Shown: one piece after another, positions 1 to 10,058 of the stretch
Layout: every line of letters starts with the position of its first letter
Numbering within the stretch: the first letter of the stretch is position 1
Source of the DNA: an uncultured Candidatus Binatia bacterium
GTDB taxonomy: Bacteria > Desulfobacterota > Binatia > UBA9968 > JAJDTQ01
DNA: 64,000 nucleotides
Assembly: GCA_965215605.1 (NCBI GenBank)
Contig: OZ244070.1
Location: 3,008,001 to 3,072,000 of the forward strand
Direction of reading: 5' to 3'
Notes under the pieces: model-generated
What the model was told of the DNA's origin: nothing
Seen by the model: the letters and a program-made list of their open reading frames with translations, nothing else
Databases searched by the model: none
Program-made: the position numbers and the translations under genes

Positions 1-527
1 AGCCCACCATCGCCATGGTGAACGGCTTCTGCTTCGGCGGCGCCTTCACCCCGCTGGTGGCCTGTGACTTCGCCATCGCCTCCGAGGACGCGATCTTCGG
101 GCTGTCCGAGGTCAACTGGGGCATTCTGCCCGGCGGACTCGTGAGCCGGGTGGTCACCGACATGCTGAGCCTGCGGGACGGCCTGTACCATGCCATGACC
201 GGCGATCCGTTCGATGGCAAGAAGGCGGCGGAGATGCGGCTGGTGAACTACGCGGTGCCGGCGGACCAGCTCCGGGACGAGACCGTGAAGCTGGCGAAGA
301 AGCTCATGGAGAAGAACCCCTGGGCGCTGCGGGCCACCAAGCAAGCCTACAAGCTGGTGCGCAGCATGGACTATTCCCAGGCCGAGGATTATCTCGCGGC
401 CAAGGGCGCCCAGATCAAGCTGCAGGACCGGGAGAGCGGCTACGACGAGGGGATCAAGCAGTTCATCGACGACAAGACCTACAAGCCGGGCCTGGGCCCC
501 ATGGCCCGGGTCAACAAGGCTTCCTAG
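1..527 (+). CDS. p-hydroxycinnamoyl-CoA (feruloyl-CoA) hydratase/lyase, crotonase family; 5' partial
   Basis: PTIAMVNGFCFGGAFTPLVACD, GLSEVNWGILPGG and C-terminal GIKQFIDDKTYKPGL closely resemble the HCHL/Ech subfamily. The frame is open at the window edge. Confidence 0.85.
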   Translation, partial: PTIAMVNGFCFGGAFTPLVACDFAIASEDAIFGLSEVNWGILPGGLVSRVVTDMLSLRDGLYHAMTGDPFDGKKAAEMRLVNYAVPADQLRDETVKLAKKLMEKNPWALRATKQAYKLVRSMDYSQAEDYLAAKGAQIKLQDRESGYDEGIKQFIDDKTYKPGLGPMARVNKAS

Positions 528-559
528 CTCTATAGGGATACCGACGAGTGTCACGTGGA

Positions 560-595
560 GGGGCTCCGGTCCGGACGGTCCCGGACCGGAGCCCC
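560..595. repeat. Perfect 15-bp inverted repeat (hairpin) between the hydratase and tctC
   Basis: GGGGCTCCGGTCCGG-acggtc-CCGGACCGGAGCCCC, with no U-tract. Confidence 0.75.
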
Positions 596-640
596 CAACG
601 CCGGACGACGGCAATCACTGACCCAAGGAGGGAGCAAGCG

Positions 641-1732
641 ATGAAGTCCACATTACAGAAAGCCGTGCTATCCATTATTGCCGTGCTCGTGTTTGGGCTT
701 TTGCTGGGGACCCAGGCGTCCGCGGCGGACAAGCCCTTCTACCAGGGCAAGACGCTGAAGCTCATCGTCGACTACTCGGCGGGTGGACCCACCGACATCG
801 AGTGCCGGATCTACGCCCGTCATCTCAAGAAGCACTTGGCGGGCGACCCCACCATCGTGATCCAGAACCGCGCGGGAGGCGGCGGCAACCTGGCCATGAA
901 CTGGCTTTACGAGCGGGCGCGGCGAAACGGCACCATAATGGGTTGCCAGACCGCCAGCGGCCGGTACCAGGAATGGTACGTGGGCGATCCCAAAAAGGCC
1001 GGTCTCCGGGCCAACATGGAGGAGATCATTCCGGTCATGTTCACGCCCGTCGTGAGTGTCGGCGTGGCCAGGAAGGACCTCGATCCGCCGCTCAACAATT
1101 TGGACGATCTCAAGAAAGCCAAGAGCTTCAACGTCGGTGGATTCCGCGCGGACAGCAGCAAGGACCTCAAGTTCCGCACACTGTTCGACCTCGCGGGCAT
1201 CAAGTTCAACTATGTCACGGGGTACCAGGGCTCGTCGGACCTGCTGGCGGCGTTCCTGCGCAAGGAGCTCGACTACGTGGACGGCAGCACGCCGTTCTAT
1301 ATCCCGCGGGTGAAGCCCATCGCCGTGGACAAGGGGACCGCCGTTCCGCTGTGGTACGGCAGCGACGCCCAGATCCCGGCCATCGCGCCGGGCGTGCCCG
1401 CGCGTGAGTTCGTCAAGCGGCTCTCGGGCAAGGAACCCGCCGGCCCGCTGTGGCAGCTCTTTCAGATCCTGACGAGCTACCGTCAGATCCTGGCGCCTCC
1501 GGAGACCCCGAAGGCAGCGGTGGAAGCGGTGCGTACCGCCTTCATCGCCATGAACAAGGATCCCGCGTTCCGCGCCGAGTACAAGAAGTCCGTCGGTATC
1601 GAGCCGCACATGTTGACCTCGGCCAAGGACCTCGAGAAGTCCATGGTGCCGTGGAAGACGGCCGGCGAGGAGATGAAGAAGTTCCGCGCCAACTACGTGG
1701 AAGAAGGGCGTAAGCTCGCGGCCAAGAAGTAG
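641..1732 (+). CDS. tctC: Tripartite tricarboxylate transporter substrate-binding protein (TctC/Bug-like)
   Basis: ATG 641 follows AAGGAGGGAG. Signal peptide ends ASA. FYQGKTLKLIVDYSAGGPTD, IVIQNRAGGGG, VTGYQGSSD and APPETP motifs. Confidence 0.85.
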   Translation: MKSTLQKAVLSIIAVLVFGLLLGTQASAADKPFYQGKTLKLIVDYSAGGPTDIECRIYARHLKKHLAGDPTIVIQNRAGGGGNLAMNWLYERARRNGTIMGCQTASGRYQEWYVGDPKKAGLRANMEEIIPVMFTPVVSVGVARKDLDPPLNNLDDLKKAKSFNVGGFRADSSKDLKFRTLFDLAGIKFNYVTGYQGSSDLLAAFLRKELDYVDGSTPFYIPRVKPIAVDKGTAVPLWYGSDAQIPAIAPGVPAREFVKRLSGKEPAGPLWQLFQILTSYRQILAPPETPKAAVEAVRTAFIAMNKDPAFRAEYKKSVGIEPHMLTSAKDLEKSMVPWKTAGEEMKKFRANYVEEGRKLAAKK

Positions 1733-1810
1733 GCCATCAACCGTGTCCCGTTGCCGGCCGCCTCGTGGGCCGGCAACGGGTACTCCCAACCAGCTTAACG
1801 CCCACGCAGC

Positions 1811-3283
1811 ATGCTAGAAGCAGCCCAACTGGGACTTCAGGGTGTCCTCTCCTGGCCGGCCTTCGGCTATCTGTTGCTGGGTATCACTCTGGGTGTCTTT
1901 TTCGGAATGGTTCCAGGCCTCTCGGGACTCTCCGGGATGGCCATCCTGCTGCCGTTCACTTTTGATCTTCAACCCTACGAGGCCATGGCGCTGCTCATGG
2001 GCATGTACGCCATTACCTCGACGTCGGACACCATATCGTCGGTTCTGTTGGGCGTCCCCGGCACCGCCGGCTCCCAAGCCACCATCATGGATGGCTACCC
2101 GTTGGCGAAGAAGGGGGAGGCGGCGCGGGCGTTCGGCGCCGCCTACACGGTGTCGGGCTTCGGCGGCGTGGTGGGCGCCATCCTGCTGGTCTTCTCGATA
2201 CCGATCCTGAGCCCCTTGGTGCTCTCTTTCGGCGCCCCGGAGTTCTTCCTCCTGGGCGTGCTGGGCATGGCCATGGTGGGGGCCTTGAGCGGCAACGCTC
2301 CGGCCAAGGGCATCCTGGTGGGCCTGTTGGCGTTGCAGCTCTCCATGATCGGCTATTCGCCCCAGGACGGCATCCCGCGCTTCTGGTTCGGCGCGCCCTA
2401 TCTCCTGGAAGGGCTTCCCATCGTCCCGTGCGTGCTGGGTCTGTTCTCGCTTCCCGAGGTGGTGGAGCTGGCGGTACGTCGCGGCACCCTGTCGGAAGTG
2501 CCGGAGATGGGGAAGGGGCTCTGGGACGGGGTGCGCGACGCCGCGCGTAACTGGTGGCTGGCGCTCCGGTGCGCGGTCATCGGCGCCTACATCGGTTTCA
2601 TCCCCGGTCTCGGGGCCAGCATCGTCGACTGGGTGGCCTACGGCCACGCGGTCCAGTCCAACAAGGACCCGAAGGCGGAATTCGGCAAGGGCGAGATACG
2701 GGGCGTCATCGCGCCGGAGGCCGCCAACAACGCCATGAAGGGCGGCTCGCTGATCCCCACCATCGCGTTCGGTATCCCCGGAAGCGCCACCATGGCCATC
2801 CTGCTGGGCGCCTTCCTGATCCACGGCATCTACCCGGGCCCCGAGCTTCTCAGCACCCGTCTCGACGTCACGTTCTCGGTGATCTGGGCGCTGGTCATCG
2901 CCAACGTCCTGACCGCCATCCTGCTGATGGGGTGCACGAACCAACTCGCCAAGGTCACCACCATACGCGGCAGCATTCTCATCCCCATCATCGTGGTTCT
3001 CGTGTTCATGGGTTCCTGGATGGCGACGCAGGAGCTTGGAGACTGGCTCGTGTTGATCGGCCTGGGAGCCTTGGGTTATCTCATGAAGCGGTGGGGCTGG
3101 CCGAGGCCGCCCATTGCCTTGGGCATCGTCCTGGGTCCGATCATGGAACGTTACCTCGATATCAGCGTCAGCCGTTATGGCTGGGCGTGGCTGTGGACCC
3201 GGCCCATCGCCATCATCCTGATCCTGATGACCCTGGCGACGCTCTACTATGCGATGCGAGCCCAGGCGCGCAAGAAGGCGTGA
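1811..3283 (+). CDS. tctA: Tripartite tricarboxylate transporter large permease TctA
   Basis: Polytopic membrane protein with GMVPGL, LGVPGT, DGYPLAKKGEA and GVIAPEAANNA..GGSLIPTIAFGIPGS motifs. Confidence 0.93.
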   Translation: MLEAAQLGLQGVLSWPAFGYLLLGITLGVFFGMVPGLSGLSGMAILLPFTFDLQPYEAMALLMGMYAITSTSDTISSVLLGVPGTAGSQATIMDGYPLAKKGEAARAFGAAYTVSGFGGVVGAILLVFSIPILSPLVLSFGAPEFFLLGVLGMAMVGALSGNAPAKGILVGLLALQLSMIGYSPQDGIPRFWFGAPYLLEGLPIVPCVLGLFSLPEVVELAVRRGTLSEVPEMGKGLWDGVRDAARNWWLALRCAVIGAYIGFIPGLGASIVDWVAYGHAVQSNKDPKAEFGKGEIRGVIAPEAANNAMKGGSLIPTIAFGIPGSATMAILLGAFLIHGIYPGPELLSTRLDVTFSVIWALVIANVLTAILLMGCTNQLAKVTTIRGSILIPIIVVLVFMGSWMATQELGDWLVLIGLGALGYLMKRWGWPRPPIALGIVLGPIMERYLDISVSRYGWAWLWTRPIAIILILMTLATLYYAMRAQARKKA

Positions 3284-3331
3284 CACACGCCGTATGACAA
3301 TCGGCGAATCGAGAGCCTGTCGAGGTTTGTG

Positions 3332-3847
3332 ATGGTACGACGGATCCGCGAGCACTACATTGAAAGCCTGTTCATACTCGCCTTGGCGGTGATGTTCGCC
3401 GCCGGCGTGGTCACGGCCAGGGAGTGGCCGGGGAAGACGGCATTGTTTCCCACGCTGATCGGAACTGCCGGCTGTGTCATCGCCGTGATCCTTTCGCTGT
3501 GGACGGGGATCCGGGGCGGGGAGGAGAAGGCCCCGGACGGGCCCGGGGGAGCCGCGGACATTTTCCTCGACGTGAACCTACGCAGCGGCGAGGCACTGAA
3601 ACGGACCATCTTCATCTGCTTTTGGCTGATGGGGATATTCGCAGGCACTTGGCTCCTGGGACAGCTCATCGCGTTGCCGTTGTTCGTCTTTCTCTACCTG
3701 AAGGTTGGATCGGATGAAGGATGGCTCCTGTCCCTGGGCCTCACGGCGGGCGCCATCGCCTTCCTGTACGGGGTGTTCGATCAGGTGATCCACGCCTCGT
3801 GGTACGAGGGGGAGTTGTTCCGCTTCCTGGGTATCGAGCTGTTCTAG
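3332..3847 (+). CDS. tctB: Tripartite tricarboxylate transporter small permease TctB
   Basis: About 170 aa, 4-5 hydrophobic helices, LFP motif, directly downstream of tctA. Confidence 0.8.
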   Translation: MVRRIREHYIESLFILALAVMFAAGVVTAREWPGKTALFPTLIGTAGCVIAVILSLWTGIRGGEEKAPDGPGGAADIFLDVNLRSGEALKRTIFICFWLMGIFAGTWLLGQLIALPLFVFLYLKVGSDEGWLLSLGLTAGAIAFLYGVFDQVIHASWYEGELFRFLGIELF

Positions 3848-3960
3848 AAAAGAAGGTTCGAGTAAAGAAACCACTCGCCAACACCATCCGGCAATGACAA
3901 CCAAGACGTGACCGGCGCGGACCTCTGCCCGCCGGCACCTTCATCGAAAGAAGAAGAGAC

Positions 3961-6036
3961 ATGACCGAAACGACGGAAAGAACCACCATTCTCCCGGCAG
4001 CCAACCTGCTCCACGCCAAGAGCGTGGCCATCGTCGGCGCCTCCCCCAAGGGCAACTGGCCCAACCTGCTCTTTCACAGCCTCAAGGCGGCAGAGTTTCC
4101 GGGAAACGTCTTCCTGATCAATCCCAACTACGAGGAGCTCTGGGACGCGCCCTGCTACCCGAGCCTGGAGGCGCTTCCGGAGCCGCCCGAGCACCTGTTG
4201 ATGCTGGTGCCGAGCCGCGCGGTGATCCCGACCCTCAAAACGGCCGCGCCGCTGGGGGTCAAGGCGGCCACCATCTACAGCGCGGGCTTCGGCGAGGGCA
4301 CCGATCCCACGAGCCACGAGCGTGGCCGGGAGCTGGCGGAGTTCTGCGAAGAGAGCGGCATCGTCTGTTGCGGCCCCAACTGCATGGGCGCGGCGTCGGT
4401 GAACCAGCGCATGATGACCTATGCCCAGCGCCAGCCGTTGCTCAAGCCCGGCCCCGTGGCCGCGGTGTTCCAGAGCGGCGGCTCCCTGGGCAACTGGATG
4501 AAGGGCGCGGCGGAGCGCGGCGTCGGCTTCAGCTACGCCATTTCCAGCGGCAACGAGGTGAGCCTGGACGTGGTCGACTACATGTCCTTTCTCATCGACA
4601 ACGAGGAGACCAAGGTCATCCTGCTGATGGTGGAGGGCATACGGCGCCCGAACACGTTCCTGGAGACCGCCGCCCGTGCGCTGGAGAAGGACAAGCCCGT
4701 CATCGTGGTGAAGCTCGGCCGCTCGGAGATGGGGAAACGCCAGGCCATCTCCCACACCGGCTCCCTGGCGGGCGACGACGAGGTCTTCTCGGCGGCGTGT
4801 GACCGCTACGGCATGGTGCGCTGTCACAGCCTGGAGGATCTGACGGAGATGACACTGGCGTTCCTGCCGGGCCGGCGCCCCCGGGGCGGGCGCGCGGCCA
4901 TCGTGGTGAACTCCGGCGGCATGAAGGGGATCCTGCTGGACCACATCGAGGAGGTGGGCATCGAGCTGGCCACCTTGAGTGATGCCTCCAACGCGGCCCT
5001 GCGGCCGCTCATCCCCGACGACCTGATGGTGGAGAACCCCCTGGAGTGCGGCGTCGCCGGCTTCGGCAACGAGAACACCTTCGCCGAGATCGTGCGCATC
5101 CACGCCGAGGACGACGGCGTGGACCTGCTGGCCATTCACGGCGAGCTGCCGCGGTTCGGCGAGAAACGCAACCCGGAGTTGCTCAAGAACATCTCCCGGA
5201 GCATCGACAAGCCCATCGTGGCCCACGCCCGCTCCACTTACAGCCTCATGGACGAGAGCCGCGCCTTTCAGGAGGCCTCGGAGATACCCCACCTCCAGGG
5301 CATCAGGGCGACGCTGCGGGCACTCAACGGACTGGGGGCCTACGGCCATCGCCGGCGCGTGGGTATCCCGGAACTCCCGGCGGCCGACGGCAAACCTCAA
5401 GACCTGGAGGGTGCTGTCTGGCAGGAGCGGTTGGCCGCCTGCGGCATCACACCGCCCAGGGAAGCGGTGGTCGATACTCCCGGGGACGCGGCCGCGAGGG
5501 CAGGGGAGATGGGCTTCCCCGTGGTGCTGAAGCTCCAGTCCCCGGAGGTGGTGCACAAGACCGAAGTGGGCGGCGTGGTGCTGGGGCTGGAATCCGCAGC
5601 CGCCGTGGAGCGGGCAGGGTCGGAGCTGCTGGCCAAGGGGCCGTCCGGGTCGAAGCTGCTGGTGCAGGAAATGGTGAGCGGCACCGAGGTCATCCTCGGA
5701 GCGCGGGTCGACCCCCAGTACGGCCCGTTCGTCATGGTGGGTCTGGGCGGAATCTTCGTGGAGGTGCTGAAGGACGTGGCGCTGCGGCTTATCCCGGTCA
5801 CCACCGAGGACGCGCAAGCGATGTTGCGGGATCTCAAGGGCTACGGGATTCTCGAAGGGGTCCGCGGACAGAAGCCCCGGGATGTCGGCGCGCTGACACG
5901 GGCGATCGTCGGCCTGTCCGGACTGTTTGCGGCGCATCGCGCCCACCTGAGCGATCTGGAGATCAATCCGCTGATGGTCAAGGAGGCGGGCTCGGGCGTG
6001 GCGGCCGTGGACGTGAGGATCGTCAGATACCCATAA
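3961..6036 (+). CDS. ADP-forming acyl-CoA ligase (acetate-CoA ligase family, CoA-binding + ATP-grasp)
   Basis: SVAIVGAS, GPNCMG, SHTGSLAG phospho-His motif, HKTEVGGV and LEINPL. Confidence 0.9.
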   Translation: MTETTERTTILPAANLLHAKSVAIVGASPKGNWPNLLFHSLKAAEFPGNVFLINPNYEELWDAPCYPSLEALPEPPEHLLMLVPSRAVIPTLKTAAPLGVKAATIYSAGFGEGTDPTSHERGRELAEFCEESGIVCCGPNCMGAASVNQRMMTYAQRQPLLKPGPVAAVFQSGGSLGNWMKGAAERGVGFSYAISSGNEVSLDVVDYMSFLIDNEETKVILLMVEGIRRPNTFLETAARALEKDKPVIVVKLGRSEMGKRQAISHTGSLAGDDEVFSAACDRYGMVRCHSLEDLTEMTLAFLPGRRPRGGRAAIVVNSGGMKGILLDHIEEVGIELATLSDASNAALRPLIPDDLMVENPLECGVAGFGNENTFAEIVRIHAEDDGVDLLAIHGELPRFGEKRNPELLKNISRSIDKPIVAHARSTYSLMDESRAFQEASEIPHLQGIRATLRALNGLGAYGHRRRVGIPELPAADGKPQDLEGAVWQERLAACGITPPREAVVDTPGDAAARAGEMGFPVVLKLQSPEVVHKTEVGGVVLGLESAAAVERAGSELLAKGPSGSKLLVQEMVSGTEVILGARVDPQYGPFVMVGLGGIFVEVLKDVALRLIPVTTEDAQAMLRDLKGYGILEGVRGQKPRDVGALTRAIVGLSGLFAAHRAHLSDLEINPLMVKEAGSGVAAVDVRIVRYP

Positions 6037-6176
6037 GACCGCGGCGCCGGACCCCGCTCATCAGGCTCTCCGGGCCAACGGGCGGGTTCCAACAAACCTG
6101 AAGCAGTGGTGGATTCGACCCCGGCGCCGCACTACCGGTGCAGCCATGGCGCCGCACCGGTTCGACGCACGTCTGC

Positions 6177-6422
6177 ATGACCGTTCTTGAGAAGACCGCC
6201 GTGGTGCTGATAGCAGGGTCCTGGGTGGTGACCGCGGGGATCATGCTGCTGCCGTTCCTGGACATGGAGCATAACCTGCTGGTGGCGGCGGCTGTCGTCT
6301 ACTTCGTCAGCCAGGTAATCTTCTGGGCCGGTTGCCTGATCGGCGGGCGAGAGTTGGTCAGACGCTACCGTGAGCGGTTTCCGTGGCTTTCGTGGGTCAA
6401 CCGTTTGTGGCGAAAGGGGTGA
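6177..6422 (+). CDS. Small two-TM membrane protein
   Basis: Two hydrophobic helices and SQVIFWAG..IGGRELV.RYR. Start is uncertain. Confidence 0.55.
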   Translation: MTVLEKTAVVLIAGSWVVTAGIMLLPFLDMEHNLLVAAAVVYFVSQVIFWAGCLIGGRELVRRYRERFPWLSWVNRLWRKG

Positions 6423-6432
6423 ATGAGGCCGC

Positions 6433-6744
6433 TCAGGTCTCGAAATCGGGATAGCCTGCCGCGGCCGCCTTGGCCTTGTAGTCCTTCACCAGCTCTTCCC
6501 GGTCGACCTCTCTACGCCAGATGGCCTCGGTGAAGCTCCACAACAGGAACGGGTGCGCGCCCATGGCGTAGAGACTGCCGTAGTCGCGCCGCTCCAGGGC
6601 GCGCCGCTCTTCCGCGGTGAACTTGAGCCGTTCCCCCTTTTCCCATTCGGCCACGAAGCCCGGCGGGTTCTCCACGTAGGCGTCCTCCGCGGCCTCGTTC
6701 ATGTTCACCACGTGCATGAATTTGTTGACCAGGTACTTGCTCAC
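6433..6744 (-). CDS. LigA-like small subunit of an extradiol dioxygenase
   Basis: SKYLVNKF, FTAEERRAL..RDYGSLYAMGAHPFLL. Overlaps the upstream LigB-like gene by 4 nt. Confidence 0.75.
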   Translation of the reverse strand: MSKYLVNKFMHVVNMNEAAEDAYVENPPGFVAEWEKGERLKFTAEERRALERRDYGSLYAMGAHPFLLWSFTEAIWRREVDREELVKDYKAKAAAAGYPDFET

Positions 6745-7601
6745 AGGCCCGCTCCCTCTTCTTTTTGCTCCCAGGCGAAGAACGGAACCGCCGGGAACCC
6801 CGCGTCAAGCCCCTCGGCGTGCGTGGGGGATGCTCCCTTGGCCACCCCCATGGCCATCAGGAAGTTCAGGAATCCCATGGTCATGTTGCCCGAGGGGATC
6901 ATCTGCTCCAGGTTGCAGTCGCGAGCGGCGGCGTCGATGTCGCCGGTGGTGATCCATCCCACGGCCCGGGCGTCGAAGTCGGCGTCCATCAGACGCCGCT
7001 CGAACTGTCTGGGACCGCCCACCTCCAGGGACAAGTGACCGCTCACCAGGACGCCGACGCGCTTGTCGTCCGGCAGGCTGTCGATCACCGAGCGGATCGC
7101 CCGTCCCACCTCGTAGAAGCGCCGGGCGGCGGGCAGGGGCGGCGCGATGCAGTTGGTCAGGATGGGAACGATGGGAATGTCCATCTCCGGTCTGACGAAG
7201 AGCATGGGCACCACGATGGAGTGGTCCACGGTGAGTTCGCTGGAGTAGGCGAAGTCCACGCCCCGGTCGTACGCGCCTTCCAGAAGGCGATTGCAGAACT
7301 CCAGATCCCCGGGCAGGTCGCACTCCGGCAGCCCGAACTCCCGCACCTCGTCGTAAAAGGTGCCGTGGAAGCGGTCCATCTTGCCGATCATGAAGGCCGG
7401 CATGTTGTCCATGAAGAACTGATGCAGATGGTCGTTGCCGATGGTGATCAGCACGTCCGGCCTGTGCTGCGCCAGCTTGGCGCGCATCATCGCGATGCGT
7501 TCCTGGACCTTGGCCGCGCCTGGCGGCTGTTGGGCCATCTTGAACAGCTTGGGCATGAAGGGATTGTGGGTGATGCCGAGCATGGTGACGAGTTGTGCCA
7601 T
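6741..7601 (-). CDS. LigB-like class III extradiol dioxygenase subunit
   Basis: THNP, GNDH, FFMDNMPAFMIG, VDHS and IVPILTN motifs. Confidence 0.85.
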   Translation of the reverse strand: MAQLVTMLGITHNPFMPKLFKMAQQPPGAAKVQERIAMMRAKLAQHRPDVLITIGNDHLHQFFMDNMPAFMIGKMDRFHGTFYDEVREFGLPECDLPGDLEFCNRLLEGAYDRGVDFAYSSELTVDHSIVVPMLFVRPEMDIPIVPILTNCIAPPLPAARRFYEVGRAIRSVIDSLPDDKRVGVLVSGHLSLEVGGPRQFERRLMDADFDARAVGWITTGDIDAAARDCNLEQMIPSGNMTMGFLNFLMAMGVAKGASPTHAEGLDAGFPAVPFFAWEQKEEGAGL

Positions 7602-7666
7602 CGATTCGCCTCCTTGGTCTCCTTGATCTCATCCGGACCCCGTCGCGCCTGCCTCCAGGGAAAAGC

Positions 7667-8710
7667 CTAGCCCAGCGTGGGGTCGAGGACAATCTTGCCG
7701 ATGATGCCGCCCCGCTCAAGCAGTTCGTGCGCCTTCTTGACCTCCTCCAGGGGCAGGGTGCGGTCGATAATGGCTCGGACCGCGCCCTGGCCGGCCAGCG
7801 ACAGGGCCAGCTCCACATCCTTGCGGGTCGCTCCAGGCTGCCCGGTGATGCGGATGCGCCTGAGGTAGAGGCGTTTCACGTCCAAGGGCACGGTGCCGCC
7901 GCCGTGGGCCCCCGCGGTGACCAGACGGCCGGCGAAAGCGATGCTGTTGAAGGCCCCCGGCCACAGCGTCGGGTCGGCGATGTTCTCGAACAGCACGTCG
8001 ACGCCGTGGCCGTCGGTGATGCGGAGCACTTCCCGTTCCAGATCCTGCTCCCGGTAGTTGACCATGAACTCGGCGCCGTACTCCCGGGCGGCCTCCGCCC
8101 GCGAATCGGCGCCGGCGGCGGCGATGACCCGGGCGCCCTGGTGCCGGGCGATCTGCACCCCGCAACTGCCCAGGGCTCCTGCCGCCCCCATGATCAGCGC
8201 CCATTCGCCCTTTTCGAGCTTCGCGTGGCTGAGCAGCAGGTTGATGGCCGTGGGAAAGTGCCGCGTGACCACCGAGGCTTCACCAAAGGAGAGGTTGTCC
8301 GGGATGGGGAAGACGTTCTCCACCGGCACGGTTACGTACTCCGCGTAGCCGCCCCAGCGGTCGAGCCCGAGATGCTTGCTCCGAGGGCACGAGTCTTCCC
8401 GGCCCATCCGGCAGAAGCGGCAGTCGCCGCAGCGCATCGACGCCACCACGGACACGCGCTCGCCGCGGCGCGTTGGCGGCACCCCGTCGCCCGTGGCCAC
8501 GATCACCCCCGCCGGGTCGGTGCCGAGCACCAGCGGGAACCGCAGGTCGGTGCGGTACCCGCCTTGCCGTACCGCGATATCCAGCGTCTGATTGACCGAG
8601 ACGGAATGCACCTCGATCAACACCTCGCCGGCGGCGGGCGACGGGGTGGGAAGCTGCTCCATCCGCAGCACCTCCGCGTCGCCGAACTCCCTCAAGGTGA
8701 CGGCTTTCAT
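7667..8710 (-). CDS. Zinc-binding medium-chain dehydrogenase / quinone oxidoreductase
   Basis: MKAV start, CGDCRFC..G....C structural Zn site, GAAGALG nucleotide-binding motif, GKIVL end. Confidence 0.88.
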   Translation of the reverse strand: MKAVTLREFGDAEVLRMEQLPTPSPAAGEVLIEVHSVSVNQTLDIAVRQGGYRTDLRFPLVLGTDPAGVIVATGDGVPPTRRGERVSVVASMRCGDCRFCRMGREDSCPRSKHLGLDRWGGYAEYVTVPVENVFPIPDNLSFGEASVVTRHFPTAINLLLSHAKLEKGEWALIMGAAGALGSCGVQIARHQGARVIAAAGADSRAEAAREYGAEFMVNYREQDLEREVLRITDGHGVDVLFENIADPTLWPGAFNSIAFAGRLVTAGAHGGGTVPLDVKRLYLRRIRITGQPGATRKDVELALSLAGQGAVRAIIDRTLPLEEVKKAHELLERGGIIGKIVLDPTLG

Positions 8711-8860
8711 GGAAGATCGCATCAGCGTGCCCTGGAATCCTGCATGTCGGTTTCTCCTTGGCGGTAGGGCGCCGCGAAGGAATCTACTACGAAACCGCGG
8801 GCGGTTGAACTGCGCCCCCTCGTTGACCCGATGGTCGATGCTGTAGTATCCCGGCACCCC

Positions 8861-10048
8861 ATGAACACTCGAAGCGGAACCATTGAAGCGATTCTGGCGG
8901 CGTTGGGGTCCACCGAGCTCCTGCTGAAAATGGACTGGGAAGGCTGGCTGGCCATGCCCGCGCCCTACGGTGAAACCGCGTTCGCCAGCCGCGAGGTGAC
9001 GGCGCGGTACGAGCGCAACGGTTATGCGTGGGACATTCACGGCACCCTCTACACGCCGGACCGGGAAGCGGACCCCGGCCGCGCCGTGGTGGTGTTCCAC
9101 GGCGGCGCCGGCAGCGAGCGCATCATGGACACGACCCCGGACGGCCGCCCGGGACTGGCGCGGGTGCTGGCCTCGCAGGGATTCATGACCCTGGCCGTAA
9201 CCTACCCGGGCCACTATCCGCCGGGCGGCGCGTGGACCGAACCCGTGCCGGAGCGTATGCCGGTGTACCTGCTGGACCGGGAGCTGCCCGTGAAGGAGAT
9301 CCTGGACCGCAACCTCAAGTGCACGTTCAACACGATTCTGCAGGGTGCCGGGCTGCTCGCGGACACGCACCTGCCGGACCGGGAGGTGCTCGCCTTCGGC
9401 CATTCCACGGGCGGACCGATGGCGGCGCACCTGCACCGCTTCGTGCGGCGCGCCCGCGTGACCGGGCTCCCGGGTTTCGGCTCCGGCGGTCCCGACGGCT
9501 GGCGCAAGGAATGGCGCGAGCGCACCGGCGCGGAGGAGTACAGCGAGATTCCGGTGGAGCAAATCTCCCGCCGGTCGCCCGAGAGCTTTCGCGCGGCGCG
9601 GTACGAGGACCCGGAGGACCTCACCCCTTGGGGCGGGCCCGAGGAGTACATGGCGTGGGCCAACCCGAGGCGCTCACAGATGAAGACCAGCCTCTGCGAC
9701 AACCAGCACAACGGCGCCGTGGGCATCCTGGACCGTTACGTGGAGCTCACCGGCCTCCCGCGGGAAGAGTACTACGATCACCTCCAGGATCCCGACCCCG
9801 AGTGGCTCCGGAACATCGGCGTGCTGCTGGTGGTGGGAGAGAACGACAGGGGCCACTGGATCCGGGGTGATCGTCTGGAGGACAAGCGCGAGATGTTCAT
9901 GGGCGCGAAGTACGCCGCCGCCGCCACCGGTGGCGCCCACGTGGTCCTCATTCCCCGCTACGGCCACGTGGGTTACGCGGAACTGCACAACGAGAAGATC
10001 GCCCACCTGTGGCTGTGGGCGGCGAAGGAGGGGTTCTTCGACGGATAA
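8861..10048 (+). CDS. Alpha/beta-hydrolase-fold protein of unknown function
   Basis: HGG oxyanion motif, GHSTGG nucleophile elbow, GEND acid and RYGH histidine. Host-like codon usage. Confidence 0.7.
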   Translation: MNTRSGTIEAILAALGSTELLLKMDWEGWLAMPAPYGETAFASREVTARYERNGYAWDIHGTLYTPDREADPGRAVVVFHGGAGSERIMDTTPDGRPGLARVLASQGFMTLAVTYPGHYPPGGAWTEPVPERMPVYLLDRELPVKEILDRNLKCTFNTILQGAGLLADTHLPDREVLAFGHSTGGPMAAHLHRFVRRARVTGLPGFGSGGPDGWRKEWRERTGAEEYSEIPVEQISRRSPESFRAARYEDPEDLTPWGGPEEYMAWANPRRSQMKTSLCDNQHNGAVGILDRYVELTGLPREEYYDHLQDPDPEWLRNIGVLLVVGENDRGHWIRGDRLEDKREMFMGAKYAAAATGGAHVVLIPRYGHVGYAELHNEKIAHLWLWAAKEGFFDG

Positions 10049-10058
10049 CGGCCTCTGC

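Noticed and set aside
3844-5946. Long antisense or alternate-frame ORFs (e.g. 700 aa here; also 14418-16334, 19425-21260, 29334-31352, 59183-62053)
   Set aside because: They are shadows of well-supported genes in high-GC DNA and have no recognisable motifs.
6037-6170. GGATTCGAC motif and GCGGCGCCGG/CCGGCGCCGC inverted repeat suggesting a tRNA/tmRNA
   Set aside because: No cloverleaf, acceptor stem or CCA can be built, and GC-rich inverted repeats arise easily by chance.
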